Assembly (NCBI GenBank): GCA_039024555.1
Contig: JBCCQQ010000006.1
Coordinates: 64,001-128,000 of the forward strand
Direction of reading: 5' to 3'
DNA length: 64,000 nucleotides
From: Cyanobacteria bacterium P01_D01_bin.156
Lineage (GTDB): Bacteria; Cyanobacteriota; Cyanobacteriia; Phormidesmidales; Phormidesmidaceae
Shown: positions 50,031-59,323 of the stretch, one piece after another
Position numbering within the stretch: position 1 is the stretch's first letter
Layout: every line of letters starts with the position of its first letter
Position numbers and translations under genes: made by a program
Notes under the pieces: generated by a model
What the model saw: only the letters and a program-made list of their open reading frames with translations
What the model was told of the DNA's origin: nothing
Databases searched by the model: none

Positions 50031-53000
50031 ATGGGCCGTCGGAACTTTAAGTGGCAAAGAATTAAGAAGCATCCGCTTAATTACGTGATGTCAAGCGCGT
50101 TGCGTTGGCTACTGTTGCTTTCAAAAACCGCTAAAACATCAAGTGCAGGGTTTGTACTGCCCACTACGGTGCTTTTGCTACTGGTTGTGAGTTTAACGAT
50201 GGGAGCATTGAGCTTCCGCTCTTTTAGTCGAGTTGAAAGAACTATCGCAATTCGCGAGCAGAAAATTGTTGACTCTTTCGCTGCTCCTGCTATTGATAGG
50301 GCTAAAGCAAAACTAGAGTACCTATTTACCGAAGATGATCGAGTAGCTAGTAAGCGCCCGCCTTCTAGCAATGACCTGTTTGGTGCATTGACCAGTCAGA
50401 CGGATAAAGGAGCTGGTATTGACCCATACACATTGCCAGATGAAACAGCTCTAGACATTACTGGCGACAATGTCCTTGATCCGGCTTGGGCATTCGATTC
50501 TAATGGCAATACCGTTATTTATTCCTTGCTAGTTGCCCACGAAAATGATGATTCCAGTGGTACAACTGTCTCTTTATTTGATAATGATGCCAAAGCTAAG
50601 GCAGATGTATTAGTTACTCGGAACGCTCCAATCAATACAGCAGAAGCAAATACTAACTGTCCAGTTTCTCGTTTAGCAGGTGATGGTTGGCAGGAAACAG
50701 CTGCCAATCTGCAAAAGAATTTTCAAGTTGACGTGCTCACCGTCACGGGTAATGGCACACCTAACAAGACGGTGAGCGCTGCTGAATATCAGCAGGTACG
50801 GAATTCACCAAAGGGTAATAAGTTTGGCGCATATTTCCGGTATGACCTAGATATTTCTCCAGGTGATCCATTCCGGTGGAATGGATCAATGCATTCAGAA
50901 TCTAATATTATTGCCGGACGGAATTTGCAGGCATACTTGGTTAGTTCTCCGGAATCCTGTATTTTTGCACCAGACAGTTCTGAAATTACCATCAGTGAAT
51001 CTGATTTTAATGGTGATGAGACTATTGACTACAAAGGTAATCTGATTGCAGGTGTTGTTCGTGACAATGACTTTGATATCGATGGTGCGGTCAGATTTCA
51101 TACTGATGTTGCGGTTGATGCTGGTAAGTCTCCTAATGCGAATGTAACTGTCACTGAAACTAATTTTGATCAAACTATAGATTCAGTTGATGAAGACGAC
51201 GATTCTCAGAATTTAGATGATACCTATGCTGACCCGGTTAAAATTTTCACAGAAGATATTACAGAACAGTTAGACGACAGTACATGGGACTTTGAGATTC
51301 CTATTGGTGATGCGAATAAAAACCTTTTAGGGGATCGTGTTCTTAATAAGGAGGATACAGACCTGCGTCCGTTTTTGGATGATGGTTTCAGAGCAGATAA
51401 TCGCTATGGGCCGAAGCCTCGTTACAACGCTGCAAGAGATCTGGATGGTCAGCTTATTGGAACTTCCATACCCACAACTGATACTGAGTTAGTCGGGTTC
51501 GACAAGGCTGCGGGTGAGTATGGTTTGGATGGTTATTGGGAACGGCGTTCTATTGCAGAGGGTTTGAGAATTATTGTTGGTCAGCGGCTGGAACTTGGTA
51601 ACGCATTTGGTTGGGAAGAAGATAGTAATTTGACTGATGATGACGATAAGGAGTCGCTATATCCTCCTTATGAAATTGAAGAGTTAACTCGAATCAGTGA
51701 TAACAAGCGTCTGAAAGGACCTTCTGAAGCTAGGCACCAAATAAGTTTAAGAGACAACCTTGCTGCTGTTCAGGGAATGGTGGTTTATCACTACTCCATA
51801 GACGACGGTGAAGTGCCGTATATGTGCATGGCCTCAACTGTGCATCCAGGAACTCAAGCATCCCTGGCTAATAGCCGTACCTTTGGAACGTATGCAAGTA
51901 CAGGTGCTAAACGTATTGACTTTTTAACCGGTAATGGAACTAACGGTTGGGAATTTGATTTTCAAGGTAAGTATGCGGATGCTAGTGCCTTTGCAGCGGC
52001 TGTTCAGTCAGGTCAACCGTTGGGTAAAGCCTTACGTAACCTCGCGCACTTTGCCGGAGATCCCTACGGTGGTGCTCCTTCGTTTACTCCTGTGCAGGGT
52101 ATTAGTACAACTGCAGCCGGTAATTCGATAAATCCTGACGATAATTTTGTTCACCCCTATCCCTATCTATCTATGTGGGGTGATTTTTCAGTGCTGCGAC
52201 GTATTTTGTTTAGTACACCAAACGCTACAACTGCGGCTGAAACTGATTTAGTCGGCTCAACGGTTGCTTACGATGCATTGAGCCCTGCAGATAAAGCATC
52301 TCTACATTCGGCGGCTTGTACCCTTGGAATGTTGGCTTCTAATCTAGAAACTTTGGAAGCTGAGTATGATTCAATTCGGAACGATACAACAGATGTTGGT
52401 GGTGGTGAAACAGTTATTGATAAAATAGCTTCAGCTCTAAGTGCTGTCTCTGGCTTACCAACAGAATCTAAGGATTGGATAGCCGGTTTACCTGCTGGAT
52501 TTGCATATCTAGAGGAGGCCGAAAACCTGGCGCGTTATCTGCAAGTTCTTAGGGATAGAGCAAATGGTTTTGAATTTGCATCTGCAGATACGTGTGTAGC
52601 GGCGGACTTTCCTGGTTTAACCAATTCAGCTGATGCGTCAAGCATTATCAACGCATTTTGTTCGACGACGCAGCCGGCCTACTATCCATCTCTCTACTAT
52701 CTATTTCCGCTAGTTGCTCATAACCAGGATGGTGCGGGAACTCAGGCAAGTGAATATATCACCGAGGGTGGAGCTTCTGATAAGTACGTTTTTGATAGTG
52801 GAACAAATGTTGGCGTCAACGACGATGTAACCTATCAGGTGCTTGATACAACAACGCCTGCCAACCTAGGCGGCTTGGCGCTTACACCTTTAACCGTTGG
52901 GACTTTTAAGCAGCCCACTGCTTCTGGGAGTGATTTGGTAGCCCCCAATGTCCTTGATGATGTTGGTAATGCGACTCCTCCGAGTGACACTGATGTTCGC

Positions 53001-54689
53001 GCCAGTCTTACACAAAGTGAGATTGTGGATGGCTCTACTGTTTACGAGCTTGCTTTTCTAGACAAAGCCATGCTGGATGGTCGTCAGCTAATTAATGCTA
53101 GGGTTCTAGACTTGGATATCGGTAAGCTGACCTCTGATACACCGTCTGTGTTCGGTACGGACACCAATGGTAATGCAGTTACCTGGATTCCTGAGGAAGA
53201 AGGTCTTGTCTATGCCGCTCGCGAAGACGCGGTTCGGGAGGATAGTATAGTTCGGCCTCGACGAGAAACCTGGGCTAACTGCAAAGCCTTTACTAGTTTA
53301 GTAACTGGCAACTGTGTGATGAAAATTGATCCAACCCAACCCAATCAGGTTGGCACGTTTGATCCACCATTAAATGCCGGTGATTCATCAGTAAGTCCAT
53401 CTGTACCGGCTAATTCCATTAGTCCCAAGCCTGTGGATATGTATCCCGATCCGGATCGGCGTCCCTATGGTTTCAGACTCTTTAATGGCTACAACTTAAA
53501 TCGTTCGAATGATGAACAGGCTGCAGGTATTTCTTTTATCACAGATAACCCGGCCTATATCTATGGCGATTTTAATCTGCATCAAGATAAATCCGATATC
53601 AAGAATCCCTTGACTGATACCCCGAATGTGATTGAAGAGTTTGTCAACGGCGATGGTCATAATGCTGAGCTTTTGGGGACTCAGTTTGCGTCTTTTACTG
53701 CGGCGGAAGAAGCTAATGCCAAAAAACTGTTCTACAGTCGTAAAAACATAAACGAGGACTTTGCCAGTGGTGCGGGTGATTCTTGGCGGCCCTCTGAAAT
53801 TTTTGCTGATGCGATTACTATTCTTTCCACTAATTTTAGGGATGGTTGGGTAGAAGATGCCTATGTTTACGATTTTGGAACTGCCGTCGGAAATCCCCGA
53901 GTGGCGTCTTCCTATCTGAACTACAACCGTATCCACCTAGAGGATACGGCTAAGACTGTTACCGCTGATGGTATTGTTCTTGCTCGTGATCGTTTGCTGC
54001 GTGAGGATAATGAAACTACTGATCAGTGTGGTACTGCTAATGGTGGCGACTGTGATTTGCCCATTCTATTTAATCGCAACGGTATTCCTAAAAAGTGGAG
54101 GAATAATCCCCATTCCTCCGGTGCGCCATGTTTAGCAGGTTTTCGAGACTATCCAAACTGTCATAATGATGACTTTACCGACAATTTCGACGATGCTGGC
54201 GGCAACATAGACAACATAAAAGTTGAACGCTATAAAGATCAGGTGGAACCACTGGCTAACGCTCGTGTTAATGCCTTGTTGGTGGCTGGTATTGTGCCAA
54301 TGCGTCAGAATCAAACCTATGGCGGTATTCAGAATTTCCCAAGGCTTTTGGAGGAGTGGGAGGATAAAAACCTAATTATTTCGGGCGGGTTCTTCCAGTT
54401 AAACTTCAGCACGCAAGCGACGGCTCCACAGGATCAAGATGCCTTGGAACCTGGAGCTACGCCTGTTTCAGGAGTTAACAGAAACCTCTTCTATAACGCG
54501 GCAAAGCGTATTTGGGGTTATGACGTTGCGTTCCAGTACACTAGCGTAGCTCCCGTTGCTCAACGATTTGTTTCAGTGGGTCGTCCCCGAAGTGAGTTCT
54601 ATCGAGAGCTTCCCCTAGGTGATGCCTACATTCAGAATCTATGTAATGCAAGAGATTCTGGCAATACTCCTGTTATTTCTTGTGATTAG
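50031..54689 (+). CDS. hpsA: Hormogonium polysaccharide biosynthesis protein HpsA-like
   Basis: Pilin-like AGFVLPTTVLLLLVV, PAIDRAKAKLEYLF, GYWERR, GLRIIVGQRLELGN, DPDRRPYGFRL, NFPRLLE; 1552 aa; followed by pseudopilin genes. Confidence 0.88.
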   Translation: MGRRNFKWQRIKKHPLNYVMSSALRWLLLLSKTAKTSSAGFVLPTTVLLLLVVSLTMGALSFRSFSRVERTIAIREQKIVDSFAAPAIDRAKAKLEYLFTEDDRVASKRPPSSNDLFGALTSQTDKGAGIDPYTLPDETALDITGDNVLDPAWAFDSNGNTVIYSLLVAHENDDSSGTTVSLFDNDAKAKADVLVTRNAPINTAEANTNCPVSRLAGDGWQETAANLQKNFQVDVLTVTGNGTPNKTVSAAEYQQVRNSPKGNKFGAYFRYDLDISPGDPFRWNGSMHSESNIIAGRNLQAYLVSSPESCIFAPDSSEITISESDFNGDETIDYKGNLIAGVVRDNDFDIDGAVRFHTDVAVDAGKSPNANVTVTETNFDQTIDSVDEDDDSQNLDDTYADPVKIFTEDITEQLDDSTWDFEIPIGDANKNLLGDRVLNKEDTDLRPFLDDGFRADNRYGPKPRYNAARDLDGQLIGTSIPTTDTELVGFDKAAGEYGLDGYWERRSIAEGLRIIVGQRLELGNAFGWEEDSNLTDDDDKESLYPPYEIEELTRISDNKRLKGPSEARHQISLRDNLAAVQGMVVYHYSIDDGEVPYMCMASTVHPGTQASLANSRTFGTYASTGAKRIDFLTGNGTNGWEFDFQGKYADASAFAAAVQSGQPLGKALRNLAHFAGDPYGGAPSFTPVQGISTTAAGNSINPDDNFVHPYPYLSMWGDFSVLRRILFSTPNATTAAETDLVGSTVAYDALSPADKASLHSAACTLGMLASNLETLEAEYDSIRNDTTDVGGGETVIDKIASALSAVSGLPTESKDWIAGLPAGFAYLEEAENLARYLQVLRDRANGFEFASADTCVAADFPGLTNSADASSIINAFCSTTQPAYYPSLYYLFPLVAHNQDGAGTQASEYITEGGASDKYVFDSGTNVGVNDDVTYQVLDTTTPANLGGLALTPLTVGTFKQPTASGSDLVAPNVLDDVGNATPPSDTDVRASLTQSEIVDGSTVYELAFLDKAMLDGRQLINARVLDLDIGKLTSDTPSVFGTDTNGNAVTWIPEEEGLVYAAREDAVREDSIVRPRRETWANCKAFTSLVTGNCVMKIDPTQPNQVGTFDPPLNAGDSSVSPSVPANSISPKPVDMYPDPDRRPYGFRLFNGYNLNRSNDEQAAGISFITDNPAYIYGDFNLHQDKSDIKNPLTDTPNVIEEFVNGDGHNAELLGTQFASFTAAEEANAKKLFYSRKNINEDFASGAGDSWRPSEIFADAITILSTNFRDGWVEDAYVYDFGTAVGNPRVASSYLNYNRIHLEDTAKTVTADGIVLARDRLLREDNETTDQCGTANGGDCDLPILFNRNGIPKKWRNNPHSSGAPCLAGFRDYPNCHNDDFTDNFDDAGGNIDNIKVERYKDQVEPLANARVNALLVAGIVPMRQNQTYGGIQNFPRLLEEWEDKNLIISGGFFQLNFSTQATAPQDQDALEPGATPVSGVNRNLFYNAAKRIWGYDVAFQYTSVAPVAQRFVSVGRPRSEFYRELPLGDAYIQNLCNARDSGNTPVISCD

Positions 54690-54690
54690 T

Positions 54691-55422
54691 ATGGACTGGT
54701 CAATAATCTTCAAAACTTGGTTTAGATGCAAACTCAACCGACTTGGAGCTAACACAGCCTCTCCCATCGGTGATTCTAATACTGATGGATTAACGTTGAT
54801 TGAGTGTTTAGTGGCCATCGCAGTCATTGGTATATCCATGGCTGTCACGGCACCTATGATTGTTTTATCGGTGGCTACACGAACCCAAACTCAACGAGCT
54901 GATCAAGCGTTGCAGATTGCTCAGGCAGAGATTGATCGTGTCAGATTTACCGTTATTAACAATGACACTTATACGGTTTCGGCAGCAACGGTGACAGCTA
55001 ACAGTACTGCAAACTTTGATACTGTAGTTGAGCCTCCCGAGAATATCAGTACCAACTATTCAACAACATCAGATTCGCCTGACGCCAAAGGAGTTGATAT
55101 TGATGGAGATGGTAATGCAGACTACGCAGCCCAGATATTTAGGACTGTGGGTAGTACTGTTGGCACGACTCCTGTGGCGTTTAATCTTGGTGTTAGGGTC
55201 TATGATGCTGCCGCTGTAAATAGTAGATCAAAAGATGATTTGGGTGTAGAGACAGCGAGGCTTGGTTTGACGAGTGGTCGTGGGGATGGGTATGTAAGAC
55301 CGCTGGCTGTTCTGTACACTACTGTGATTAAGAGCGACACAGCTAGCTCACTCTGTGACTATAACAACTTTATCAACAGTGTGAATGGGACCTCGATTTC
55401 AGCTCCTTCCCAGTGCAACTAA
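54691..55422 (+). CDS. hpsB: Prepilin-type pseudopilin, HpsB-like
   Basis: GLTLIECLVAI, ATRTQTQR, RPLAVLYT; directly after hpsA. Start uncertain. Confidence 0.75.
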   Translation: MDWSIIFKTWFRCKLNRLGANTASPIGDSNTDGLTLIECLVAIAVIGISMAVTAPMIVLSVATRTQTQRADQALQIAQAEIDRVRFTVINNDTYTVSAATVTANSTANFDTVVEPPENISTNYSTTSDSPDAKGVDIDGDGNADYAAQIFRTVGSTVGTTPVAFNLGVRVYDAAAVNSRSKDDLGVETARLGLTSGRGDGYVRPLAVLYTTVIKSDTASSLCDYNNFINSVNGTSISAPSQCN

Positions 55423-55452
55423 CTACTATGGTTCTCCGTAACGACTTGATAT

Positions 55453-56445
55453 ATGGCTAATTCTTCAAGATCACTTCTATTGCTCCATGCCTTACGAGAG
55501 GCAAAGCAGCAAAAGTCTGCGGCCAATCAAGGGTTTACACTGATTGAGATTTTAATCTCGTTATTTATTGCTGGCATTGTTGTGTCGGGTCTTCTGTTTA
55601 TTGTTGTGGAGCTGCTCCGAGTTGATCAGCGTGAGGTCGTTTTAGACCAAGTGCAAAGTGATATGCAGCGGTCCATAGACTACATTGCCGATGACCTTAA
55701 AGAGGCCATTTACGTCTACAGTAATCCTACAGACGTTACAGACCAGCTGATTAACTTAAACAATGACATAACCACTAATAGCGGAGTGCCTGTTTTAGCC
55801 TTTTGGCGAACTGATCCAATCGATGCTACTGACATCGCCTCCCTGCCAACGGGAAGTGAGCCAGATGGTTGTCCTACGAATGACTTGACTTGTGCTGTGC
55901 TCAAGCGTCGCAGAGCTACCTATACCTTGGTTGCTTATTACCAAACAGCTCAATATGGTGTTTGGGAAGGCAATACATTGAAACGCTACGAGTTAGATCA
56001 CTATAAGGATCTGGCAACTTATAGTGTCAGTGGAGGCTTTGCAGAGCCATTTAATTCGTCAGGGGCTGCTAATGATTTTGCAGGATGGAGCGCAGCCAGT
56101 ACCACTGAGGATGATGGCACTCGTTCAGTTTTAGTTGATTATGTAGCAGATATAAAAAACACAACAAACGATGGTTCTGAGCCAGTCTTAGACTGTGAAA
56201 CATTCACTGGAGACCCTAGCCACGTACTTTCTCCAGTAGATGCTACTGAGAATACAGGCTTTTTTGCATGCATAAGACCTACGGATGCAACAAGTGGTTT
56301 TAGAACAAACCAGGATGTGTTTCTTTTCTTGAGGGGAGATGCAACGCCCGCAAGTCAATTTCTTCAGCCGGCTAGTGAAGGTAGTCGACTACCGATTTTA
56401 CAGACTCAAGTTAAGCTGGGCGGTGTAATCGATCGAGATGATTAG
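55453..56445 (+). CDS. hpsC: Prepilin-type pseudopilin, HpsC-like
   Basis: GFTLIEILISL, DYIADDLKEAIYVY, PVLAFW, QDVFLFLRGD. Confidence 0.75.
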   Translation: MANSSRSLLLLHALREAKQQKSAANQGFTLIEILISLFIAGIVVSGLLFIVVELLRVDQREVVLDQVQSDMQRSIDYIADDLKEAIYVYSNPTDVTDQLINLNNDITTNSGVPVLAFWRTDPIDATDIASLPTGSEPDGCPTNDLTCAVLKRRRATYTLVAYYQTAQYGVWEGNTLKRYELDHYKDLATYSVSGGFAEPFNSSGAANDFAGWSAASTTEDDGTRSVLVDYVADIKNTTNDGSEPVLDCETFTGDPSHVLSPVDATENTGFFACIRPTDATSGFRTNQDVFLFLRGDATPASQFLQPASEGSRLPILQTQVKLGGVIDRDD

Positions 56446-56483
56446 TAATAAGTTTTAGCTGTATAGGCGTGGAAAAGTTAAAA

Positions 56484-57029
56484 ATGGCAAAAAAAAGACT
56501 ATTTAAGTCTGCTTCGAGTACATCTGGCTTTTCTTTGCTAGAGGCGTTAGTAGTGGTGGCGCTTGTTGGTATCATATCCGCATTTGCGGGACCAGGGTGG
56601 TTAACCTATTTAAACCGTCGACAAGTGAGTAGTGCTCGTACGGACTTACTTCAGGCACTACGACAGGCCCAAACGGATGCACGTCAGCAGAACTCCTCTA
56701 GGGTGGTGAATATTGTTTCGACCACCAATCCTCCACAAATACAGATAGGTTCTACAGCTGGTAGTGGTCGAGTAGTTGATTTGGGGGAGGAAAATGCGGC
56801 GGCTTCTTTATCGGTAAATGGTGGTTCTTTAGCAGGTGGTGCAGCTTCCTCCGTTACATTTGACTATAAAGGAACATTGGATGATGATGTTGTTCCCTTT
56901 GTCTTTAGTGTAACTAGCGATAAGCTTAACGATGGTGGAGTGCGCTGTGTTGTCGTTACCACTCTTTTAGGTAATCTGATTCAGGCCGAGGGCGATAATT
57001 GCAACAACCTTGCAGGTTATGAGAATTAG
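56484..57029 (+). CDS. Prepilin-type (FimT/HpsD-like) pseudopilin
   Basis: GFSLLEALVVV, FDYKG, RCVVVTTLLG. Confidence 0.8.
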   Translation: MAKKRLFKSASSTSGFSLLEALVVVALVGIISAFAGPGWLTYLNRRQVSSARTDLLQALRQAQTDARQQNSSRVVNIVSTTNPPQIQIGSTAGSGRVVDLGEENAAASLSVNGGSLAGGAASSVTFDYKGTLDDDVVPFVFSVTSDKLNDGGVRCVVVTTLLGNLIQAEGDNCNNLAGYEN

Positions 57030-57072
57030 GCAATTGACTGAAATAGTTTTGTTTGTCAGTCAATTGCTTTTT
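57030..57072 (+). terminator. Intrinsic terminator after the pseudopilin operon
   Basis: GCAATTGACTGA...TCAGTCAATTGC-TTTTT. Confidence 0.7.
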
Positions 57073-57154
57073 GAGTGTTCCAAGTAGCTTAAAGTGTGAG
57101 TTTTTTCTCTCCCTTGGCAACCCTTGAAGTAGCTTGGTTTATGGCTATCGGGGT

Positions 57155-57703
57155 ATGTCTAGAAAGCTGTTTTTAGTTGACAATAGAGAATCTGCTCGAT
57201 CGGGGTTTTCACTTATAGAGATTTTGGTTGTAGTAACTATAGTCGGTTTCTTAGCATCTATGGTATTACCTGCCTGGGGTAAAGCTTTAGCACGATGGCA
57301 GGTTTTCAACGCACGTCAACAACTAGTATTAGCCATTCGTAAGACACAGACGAACGCTCAGCGTAATCACACTAACTGGCAATTTAGTATTTATGAGGTA
57401 TCGTCTGGACATGTGCAATGGGCCAGTCATCCACAAAATGAAGTGCCTACTTTATGGACAGTAGCAGGTAATCATTTGATAGATATTGATTTAGCGGATA
57501 CGACTCTCGATAGTAAAAGTGGAATTTACTATATCCGTTTTGATTACAAGGGAAACTTAGCTTCTCGGACCCGGACATTAACACTAACGCATCAAAATTC
57601 TTCAAGTATTAAGCGATGCTTGATTATGTCCACCATACTAGGAAAAATCCGTTTAGCCGACGAGCGGGAAAAACTTAGTTCGTCTGGACGGTTGTGTTAT
57701 TGA
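57155..57703 (+). CDS. Prepilin-type pseudopilin (FimT-like)
   Basis: GFSLIEILVVV, RFDYKGN, KRCLIMSTILG. Confidence 0.8.
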   Translation: MSRKLFLVDNRESARSGFSLIEILVVVTIVGFLASMVLPAWGKALARWQVFNARQQLVLAIRKTQTNAQRNHTNWQFSIYEVSSGHVQWASHPQNEVPTLWTVAGNHLIDIDLADTTLDSKSGIYYIRFDYKGNLASRTRTLTLTHQNSSSIKRCLIMSTILGKIRLADEREKLSSSGRLCY

Positions 57704-57731
57704 AGTTCTATGAGTTTGAACTTGTTGATTC

Positions 57732-58364
57732 ATGGACCAACTAACTGACATCGACAATTTTATTTTTGATTTAGGCGGTGTGATTGTTAACCTCGATTAT
57801 GGGCTGACAATTCAGGCATTTAGTGAGCTAGTGGGCTATGACATCACACGGCAGTATAGTCAGCAAAGCCAGGCGGATATTTTTTCTCAGTTTGAAGTAG
57901 GTAGTATTTCTGCGACCGAATTTCGTCAAGGCTTAATGGACTTGTTAAAGTTTGAGGCCAGTGATGATGCGATTAATCATGCTTGGAGTGCATTGATTCT
58001 GGATTTTCTGCCGGAGCGGGTGGCCTTAGTAAGGCAGCTGGCCCAGCGGAAGCGAATATTTTTACTGTCTAATATTAATGAACTGCATTTAGCGACTAGC
58101 GATCTCAAATTTACTGAAGCTATGGGCACAGGTACCCTAGCAGATCAGTTTGAGCGGGCCTATTACTCTCATTTAGTGGGCGATCGCAAACCAAACACCA
58201 GCATTTTTCAAAGGGTCATTAATGAGAATAATCTGGATCCAGCAAAAACCTTATTTTTAGACGATACTGCTCACAATTTAGTAGGTGCACAGCAAGTAGG
58301 GTTACAAACGCTACTTGTGACTCAAGAAAACCCGATTGAAAGCTTGAATCTGTTGGGTATGTAA
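57732..58364 (+). CDS. HAD family phosphatase
   Basis: FDLGGV, LLSN, KP, FLDD. Confidence 0.9.
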   Translation: MDQLTDIDNFIFDLGGVIVNLDYGLTIQAFSELVGYDITRQYSQQSQADIFSQFEVGSISATEFRQGLMDLLKFEASDDAINHAWSALILDFLPERVALVRQLAQRKRIFLLSNINELHLATSDLKFTEAMGTGTLADQFERAYYSHLVGDRKPNTSIFQRVINENNLDPAKTLFLDDTAHNLVGAQQVGLQTLLVTQENPIESLNLLGM

Positions 58365-58435
58365 GCGATTCCTAACGTATTAGAGAACAGAGGGAAGTAT
58401 AGAATAGTTAATGGCCCTTTTGTTATCACGATCGA

Positions 58436-59248
58436 ATGAGCTATCTAGATTTTGCCCTGTTTGCCCTGCTTGGCATTGGTACTGGCACCATGGCTGGCAT
58501 GCTTGGCATCGGCGGGGGCATGATCATAGTACCGGGTCTATTTTATCTATTTTCATTGATGGACCTGCCCAGCTACACTTTGATGCATCTAGCAGCAGGT
58601 AGTGCCATGTGCATCATGATTTTTACCTCTGCCTCGTCTACGTTTTCCCATCACATGCGGGGAGATGTACAGTGGGACATCTTTGGCCGCGTTATTGCTG
58701 CCATTGGTGTGGGTGTCGTTTTGGGTAACTTACTCTCTAATCATTTAGATACCCATTGGTTAGAGATTATTTTTGGTGCGTTTCTTTTGTTTGTGTCGAT
58801 CAAAATCCTATTGGATTGGAAACCGGCATTTGAAGAAACGTCTTTACCACCTTTGTGGGTAACCGCCTTGATTGGTACTCTCATAGGTTTTAAGTCCGGT
58901 ATTCTCGGCATTGGTGGTGGGGCCATTAGTGTGCCGTTCTTGTTATATTGCGGTTTACCCATGAGCAAGGCCAGCGGCACCTCGGCATCGTTTACACTGC
59001 CCATTGCCATAGTTGGCACCCTATCATTTCTCCTCTTTTCGCAGGGGTATACCGATATTGAATGGGCCACTGGCTATATTTACTGGCCAGCAGTAGCTTT
59101 GGTTGCTCCCTTTACCGTTATTGGCGCACCTATTGGCACCAAGCTCTCCCATGTGATTTCTCCCCAGCAGCTGCGACGTATTTTTGGTTGGTTGCTGGTG
59201 GTGATTGGGTTACGTATGTTTGGTGGTGGTATTCAGTTTTTCGCCTAA
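58436..59248 (+). CDS. Sulfite exporter TauE/SafE family protein
   Basis: Duplicated AGMLGIGGG / SGILGIGGG motifs; about 8 TM helices. Confidence 0.9.
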   Translation: MSYLDFALFALLGIGTGTMAGMLGIGGGMIIVPGLFYLFSLMDLPSYTLMHLAAGSAMCIMIFTSASSTFSHHMRGDVQWDIFGRVIAAIGVGVVLGNLLSNHLDTHWLEIIFGAFLLFVSIKILLDWKPAFEETSLPPLWVTALIGTLIGFKSGILGIGGGAISVPFLLYCGLPMSKASGTSASFTLPIAIVGTLSFLLFSQGYTDIEWATGYIYWPAVALVAPFTVIGAPIGTKLSHVISPQQLRRIFGWLLVVIGLRMFGGGIQFFA

Positions 59249-59264
59249 ATTTTCGGTCTAAACT

Positions 59265-59296
59265 TCATGGGGATGTTGCATGCAACATCCCCATGA
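59265..59296. repeat. Perfect 32-bp palindrome (REP/small dispersed repeat-like)
   Basis: TCATGGGGATGTTGCATGCAACATCCCCATGA between convergent genes. Confidence 0.75.
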
Positions 59297-59323
59297 GAAA
59301 CAGATTATCTAACCTTGTATCTA

